A stretch of 64,000 nt of DNA, taken from an uncultured Gemmatimonadales bacterium. GTDB taxonomy: Bacteria; Gemmatimonadota; Gemmatimonadetes; Longimicrobiales; RSA9. Both the position numbers and the translations under genes were made by a program. The notes below the pieces were generated by a model that saw nothing but the letters and a program-made list of their open reading frames with translations, did not search any database and was not told where the DNA came from. The DNA is taken from the NCBI GenBank assembly GCA_963798845.1, contig CAWCUS010000002.1, positions 544,001-608,000 of the forward strand, written 5' to 3'. Positions 59,160 through 64,000 of the stretch are shown here, in pieces (positions within the stretch are counted from its first letter, which is position 1; the number at the start of each line of letters is the position of its first letter).

Positions 59160-61184
59160 CTACTGCCGCACCGTCGCCCGGCTGCCCACCAGGTTGGTGG
59201 CGATGGTGAAGTCCACAGTGTCGCCGGGCTCCAGCAGCAGTGGGCCGGAGCGCACCTGGTAGCCATCGCCCGTGGTCCCGGCCAGGAATTCGATCTGGCC
59301 GCCGCTGGCCATCAGCGACTCACGCAACATGAAGCGTCTGCCGAGGCCGGGGCTCGCGGTCCCCAGTCGGCTGGTCGTGCTGCCGTTTGCGGCGTAGACC
59401 TCCATGGGCATCGCGTAGTTGTTCGTGACGTAGACGGTGACGGGGGCCGGCCGCGTTCCCTGTCGCCGCTGGCTCAGGAGCACCAGCCCTTGATCCGTCG
59501 TGAGGGCGAGCGTGTCCGCGTGCACCGTGCCGGTCGCACCCGTGTAGCCGTCTTCGAGCTCGGCGCCGTCTGGGAAGGTGCCGAAGACAGGAATGCGCTT
59601 TGCCCCCGTCGGCTGGTCCAGCGCCACCAGCACGCGGTCGGTGGTCAGGTCCAGCTGGAGCGTGCGGCTGAAGATGTACGGCTCCGCCTGTAGCTCGCGG
59701 TGCATGCCCGAGCCGACTGCCGGATGCGCCCGCCGGAACCGCCCCAGCTTCTGCCAGTGCCGCAGGATCTCCGCCGTGCGGCCTCCCCGTGCCAGGTCGT
59801 CCCAGTTCATGAGGCCGCGCAGGTTCGCATCGCCCTGCGCGCCGGCCACGTGGAGCGGACGCGCGAGCTCATCGCCGTAGTAGATCTGTGCGCCGCCCGG
59901 GGCCAGCAGCAGGCGGGTGCCCGCCTCGAACGGGTGGCTGCGGTCCGGGTCGTACGGCGAACCGTCGTCGTGCGAGCTGAGGTAGTTCAGAATGGCCTCG
60001 CCGCCCAGCGGGCCGGACAGCGACGCGGAGTACCGGGCGTAGAGGCTGTCCAGGGAGCCGTGCTCGGCCTTGAACCCGAAGTTGATGAGACCGTCGTATC
60101 CGTAGTCGAAGAAGTCGACAGTGCGGTCGCCGTAGTCGAACGACCGACCCTGCGCCGGGCTCCAGCCATAGACCTCGCCCAGCATGAAGAAGGGCAGGTC
60201 GTCCAGGACCTTGTCGGGGTGCGCAAGCTTCCAGTCCGTGAAGGCGCGGTCCGCTTCATGTTTCAGCTCGGCGCTGACCGCCGCCTCGATATGCTTGGCC
60301 GTGTCCACCCGATAGCCGTCGAAGCCCAGCTCCCGGACCCAGTCGGTGAGCCACTTGATGACGTAGAAGCGGGGCGCGCGAGGGTAGCCGGTGCGCTGGA
60401 AGAAGGAGTCCAGGGAAGCCGTCTCGCGATCAAGGCGGCCTTCACCACGCCATTTGTCGACGAGCCAGCCCGGGAGGTCGACGGGCGTGTCCCGATCGGT
60501 ACGGATGTCGGGCAGGTTGGCCACCAGCGTGCAGTCCACGGTGGTGGCGAAGTCCTGGTACGTGCAGCGCGGACCGGTTCGGACCCAGCTGTCGGGCCAC
60601 CGGGGATCCTCCGGCGTCACGGGACCGGTGTGATTGACCACGGCGTCCATGAGCACACGGATGCCGTGGCGGTGTGCCGCGTCGACGACTGCACGCAGGT
60701 CGGCCTTCGTGCCCAGGGCGGGGTCCACTTCCGTCCAGTCGCGGGTCCAGTAGCCGTGATAGCCGTAGGTCTTCCCGGCGCCCTCGTCCACGGCGCCCCG
60801 GATCTGCTCTTCGAAGGGTGTCATCCACAGGACGTCTACGCCCAGACTGTCGAAATAGCCGTCCTCGATCCTGCGCAGCACGCCCGCCAGGTCGCCGCCC
60901 TCGAAGCTTCGCAGCTTCGCGCCGTCGTTCGCCCGGCCGAGGGCGCGGTCGTTGGTCGAGTCGCCGTCCAGGAAGCGGTCGGTCAGGAGGAAGTAGACCG
61001 TGGCGTCGTTCCAGAACACCGACGGGTCGCCCAGATCGGCCGCCCACGCAGGCAGGGCCTCCGGTGTCGATCCCGGAGGGTTGCCGCTGCAGGCAGCCAG
61101 GAACGCCGCGCCCAGTCCGAAGGTCAGAGCGCCGAGCGCGTTGGCCATCACCCGGCGGAGCAGATCCTCGCGAGGATGTCTCAT
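59160..61184 (-). CDS. GH13 alpha-amylase lipoprotein with extra C-terminal domain
   Basis: LAAC lipobox; YFLLTDRF, GGDL, YHGYW, DAVVNHTG, GYRVDTAKH, GEVY, SSHDD. Confidence 0.92.
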   Translation of the reverse strand: MRHPREDLLRRVMANALGALTFGLGAAFLAACSGNPPGSTPEALPAWAADLGDPSVFWNDATVYFLLTDRFLDGDSTNDRALGRANDGAKLRSFEGGDLAGVLRRIEDGYFDSLGVDVLWMTPFEEQIRGAVDEGAGKTYGYHGYWTRDWTEVDPALGTKADLRAVVDAAHRHGIRVLMDAVVNHTGPVTPEDPRWPDSWVRTGPRCTYQDFATTVDCTLVANLPDIRTDRDTPVDLPGWLVDKWRGEGRLDRETASLDSFFQRTGYPRAPRFYVIKWLTDWVRELGFDGYRVDTAKHIEAAVSAELKHEADRAFTDWKLAHPDKVLDDLPFFMLGEVYGWSPAQGRSFDYGDRTVDFFDYGYDGLINFGFKAEHGSLDSLYARYSASLSGPLGGEAILNYLSSHDDGSPYDPDRSHPFEAGTRLLLAPGGAQIYYGDELARPLHVAGAQGDANLRGLMNWDDLARGGRTAEILRHWQKLGRFRRAHPAVGSGMHRELQAEPYIFSRTLQLDLTTDRVLVALDQPTGAKRIPVFGTFPDGAELEDGYTGATGTVHADTLALTTDQGLVLLSQRRQGTRPAPVTVYVTNNYAMPMEVYAANGSTTSRLGTASPGLGRRFMLRESLMASGGQIEFLAGTTGDGYQVRSGPLLLEPGDTVDFTIATNLVGSRATVRQ

Positions 61185-61268
61185 GTTCTCGCTCTCAGAG
61201 ACGCGGAGCCGCGCGCCTGTAGTATACCGATTTCGCCGACCGACCCCCCGGCCTTCGAAGATCGGCGG

Positions 61269-62798
61269 TCATCGATCGTCGATCGTCGCCGCCGTCTCGT
61301 CCCGATCCTCCACGCGCAGCGTCAGCGCCGCGGCGAGCACCAGGGACGCACCGCCCACCAGCAGGGCGTAGATCGCCTCGCCGTGGAAGAACTTCCCCAC
61401 GATGAAGCCGAGCGCGGCAGCCGCCACGATCTGCGGGATCACGATGAAGTAGTTGAACACGCCCATGTAGTAGCCCATCTTCGACGGCGGCAGCGACCCC
61501 GTCAGGATGGCGTACGGCATGGCCAGGATGCTGGCCCAGGCGATGCCGATGCCCACCATGGAGCCCAACAGCAGCCGCGGGTCCTGGATGACGAAGATCG
61601 ATCCGAACCCCACCGCGCCGATCACCAGGCAGATGGCGTGCGTCATCCTGCGGCTCGTCCAGCGCGCGAGCACGGGCAGCCCGAACGCAACCAGGGCCGC
61701 CACGCCGTTGTAGACGCCGAAGCCGACACCCACCCAGTTCGCCCCCTCGTTGTACAGCGCCGAGGTCGTGTCGGCGGTGTGGTAGATGTTCGCCGTCACG
61801 CCCGGTGTCGTGTAGATCCACATGGCGAACAGCGCGAACCAGGAGAAGAACTGCACCCAGGCCAGCTGTTTCATGGTCCGGGGCATGTCCTGGAAGTCGT
61901 TCAGGATGGTGATGAAGGCGTTGTCGTATCGGCCCCCGCGCTGCATCAACCCGCCCGCGATGAGCAACAGCCCCACGACGCCTATGCCTGCCGACAGGAT
62001 CATGACCTGGCCGGCCTGCTCCCGGCTGAGCCAGTAGCTGAACGCCACACCCACGGCCACGCAGGCCAGACCGACCGTGACCTGCCGGGCGCCGTTCGCT
62101 GCGTATTCCTGCGACGTTCGGCGATCCCTGAGGACGCCCTCCCGCGCCCGGTTCTCCTCGAACGACGCCATCTGCTCCGGCGAGTATTCCCGCGACCGGA
62201 CCACCGTCCACAGAACCGCGGCGAAGAACACCACGGCGCCAATGTAGAAGGACAGCCGCACCGACTCTGGGATCATGTGCATCGGCGCTTCGTTGCTCAC
62301 GCCGAGATAGCGCGTGAGCAGATACGGCAGCACGGAGGCCACGACCGCGCCGATTCCGATGAAGAAGCTCTGCATGGCGAACCCGATGGTTCGCTGCGTC
62401 GACGGCAGGTTGTCGCCCACGAATGCGCGGAACGGCTCCATCGAGATGTTGATGGAAGCGTCCATGATCCACAGCATGCCCGCCGCCACCCACAGAACGG
62501 GCGAGTTGGGCATGGCCACCAGCGCCAGCGAGGCCAGGATGGCGCCACCCAGGAAGTAGGGACGCCGCCGGCCCAACCGATTCCAGGTGCGGTCGCTGAA
62601 GTAGCCGACGATGGGCTGCACCACCAGCCCCGTCACCGGGGCCGCGATCCACAGGATCGGGATGTTCTCGACCCGGGCACCCAGCGTCTCGAAGATGCGG
62701 CTCACGTTCGCGTTCTGGAGAGCGAAGCCGAACTGGATGCCCAGGAAGCCGAAGCTCATGTTCCAGACCTCCCAGAACGACAAGCGCGGCTTCTGCAT
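61269..62798 (-). CDS. MFS sugar (maltose-type) transporter
   Basis: WNMSFGFLGIQFGFALQNAN, QPIVGYFSDRTW..LGRRRPYF, MEPFRAFVGD, MGVFNYFIVIPQ. Confidence 0.92.
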   Translation of the reverse strand: MQKPRLSFWEVWNMSFGFLGIQFGFALQNANVSRIFETLGARVENIPILWIAAPVTGLVVQPIVGYFSDRTWNRLGRRRPYFLGGAILASLALVAMPNSPVLWVAAGMLWIMDASINISMEPFRAFVGDNLPSTQRTIGFAMQSFFIGIGAVVASVLPYLLTRYLGVSNEAPMHMIPESVRLSFYIGAVVFFAAVLWTVVRSREYSPEQMASFEENRAREGVLRDRRTSQEYAANGARQVTVGLACVAVGVAFSYWLSREQAGQVMILSAGIGVVGLLLIAGGLMQRGGRYDNAFITILNDFQDMPRTMKQLAWVQFFSWFALFAMWIYTTPGVTANIYHTADTTSALYNEGANWVGVGFGVYNGVAALVAFGLPVLARWTSRRMTHAICLVIGAVGFGSIFVIQDPRLLLGSMVGIGIAWASILAMPYAILTGSLPPSKMGYYMGVFNYFIVIPQIVAAAALGFIVGKFFHGEAIYALLVGGASLVLAAALTLRVEDRDETAATIDDR

Positions 62799-63034
62799 GG
62801 CGGGTTCTCCTTGACGGAAATCGGATGGGGTCCGCCTGCCCAACGGGGAACCCCGGGCAATTTGCACGGTTCGCCCCGAAACCGCGAGGCTCGCGGGCCA
62901 GTGATCGGAGCGCAATGCTCCCCCGGGGGCCGTTCGCGCCATCCGGGCTGGCGCGTGGAGGCGACGGCGGCATATGCTGGTCTTGCTCTCGCTCGCGTGC
63001 GTGTTGCCAGACCCAGACGAACAGGAAGAGAAGC

Positions 63035-64000
63035 ATGCAGCGTTCGACCCGACGGTGGACCCAATGTCTCGTGGTCGTGGCCGCGGGTGCGGGGCTCCTC
63101 CCCGTACGCGCATCCGCGCAGGCCTCCGTCCCGCTCGCATCGCCGGACGGCCGCAACCAGGTGACCGTCCAGGTCCACGACGGCAAGCTCTCCTACAGCG
63201 TCCAGCGCGACGGCCGCAACATCATGATGCCGTCGCGCCTCGGGCTCGAGTTCCGCACGGTCCTGCCGTTGCGCGACAGCCTGGAGATCGTGGGCGTGAA
63301 GCGGGACAGCCTGGACGAGACGTGGACGCAGCCCTGGGGGCAGGTGGCGAACGTTCGCAACCACTACAACGAAGCCCGCGTCACGGTACGGGAAACCGCC
63401 TCGCCCGGGCGCCACTTCAATGTCGTGTTCCGCGCTTTCGACAATGGCGTCGCTTTCCGCTACGACGTCCCGGCCCAGCCCGGCTTCGGTCCGTACGAGA
63501 TGATGGACGAGCTCACGGAGTTCGCCTTCGCTCTCGACGGCCACGCCTGGTGGATCCCCGCCGGGCTGTGGAACCGCTACGAGTTCCTCTACTCCGAGTC
63601 GCCCGTCAGCCGACTGCCCCTGGTCCACACGCCCCTCACGGTCGAGATGCAGAACGGGGTCTACGTGGTGATTCATGAGGCCGACCTGGAGGACTATGCG
63701 GCGATGAATCTCCAGGGCACCAACACCCGCACGCTCACCGCGTCGCTGGCACCGTGGGCGGACAGCGTGAAAGTGCGGGGGGACGCGCCGCTGGTGAGTC
63801 CGTGGCGGACGATCGAGATGGCGGACCGGGTCGAGGACCTGGAGCCCTCGGTGATGGCGCTCAACCTGAACCCGCCCAGCAGGATCGACGACACCAGCTG
63901 GATCGAGCCGATGAAGTACATCGGGATCTGGTGGGGGATGCACATCAACGTCAACACGTGGAGCGAGGGGCCCAAGCACGGCGCGACCACCGCCAACATG
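63035..64000 (+). CDS. GH97 alpha-glucosidase (SusB-like), runs off window end
   Basis: Hand-translated: SPDG, DETWTQPWG, RNHYNE, FRAFDNGVAFRY, SPWRTI, LNLNPP, SWIEPMKYIGIWWGMH, GPKHGATT. Confidence 0.92.
   Translation, partial: MQRSTRRWTQCLVVVAAGAGLLPVRASAQASVPLASPDGRNQVTVQVHDGKLSYSVQRDGRNIMMPSRLGLEFRTVLPLRDSLEIVGVKRDSLDETWTQPWGQVANVRNHYNEARVTVRETASPGRHFNVVFRAFDNGVAFRYDVPAQPGFGPYEMMDELTEFAFALDGHAWWIPAGLWNRYEFLYSESPVSRLPLVHTPLTVEMQNGVYVVIHEADLEDYAAMNLQGTNTRTLTASLAPWADSVKVRGDAPLVSPWRTIEMADRVEDLEPSVMALNLNPPSRIDDTSWIEPMKYIGIWWGMHINVNTWSEGPKHGATTANM

Noticed and set aside
59700..63164. 1154-aa + strand ORF
   Set aside because: Antisense shadow of the amylase and MFS genes

Overview
High-GC bacterial chromosomal segment. 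A Gemmatimonadota-like origin is inferred from gene content (PknB-type kinase remnant, VPS10/BNR protein, SusC/SusD pair in a GC-rich background) but is not proven. (1) Bases 1 to ~10,050 are an integron-like gene-cassette array. Nine related attC-like sites, mostly ~150 bp, separate small co-oriented genes: two type II TA modules, VOC, DUF1801-like, GyrI-like and hypotheticals. Cassette starts are complementary to cassette ends over 10-15 bp with a conserved A/C mismatch, and the sites have an atypical spacer asymmetry. No integrase lies in the window. One cassette carries both an IS21-family and an IS30-family element, and the sites decay toward the 3' end. (2) From 10 to 24 kb are accessory genes, katG, several internally deleted pseudogenes, and a 6x38-bp tandem array upstream of a stand-alone AbiEi-N/DUF559 gene. 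(3) From 24 to 48 kb are peptidase, transport and housekeeping genes, including a duplicated 49-bp promoter-like element. (4) From 48.5 to 64 kb is a Bacteroidetes-style alpha-glucan utilization locus (2x GH13, GalM, GH2, SusC, SusD, MFS, GH97). All family calls are from motif recognition by eye; no database searches were run.
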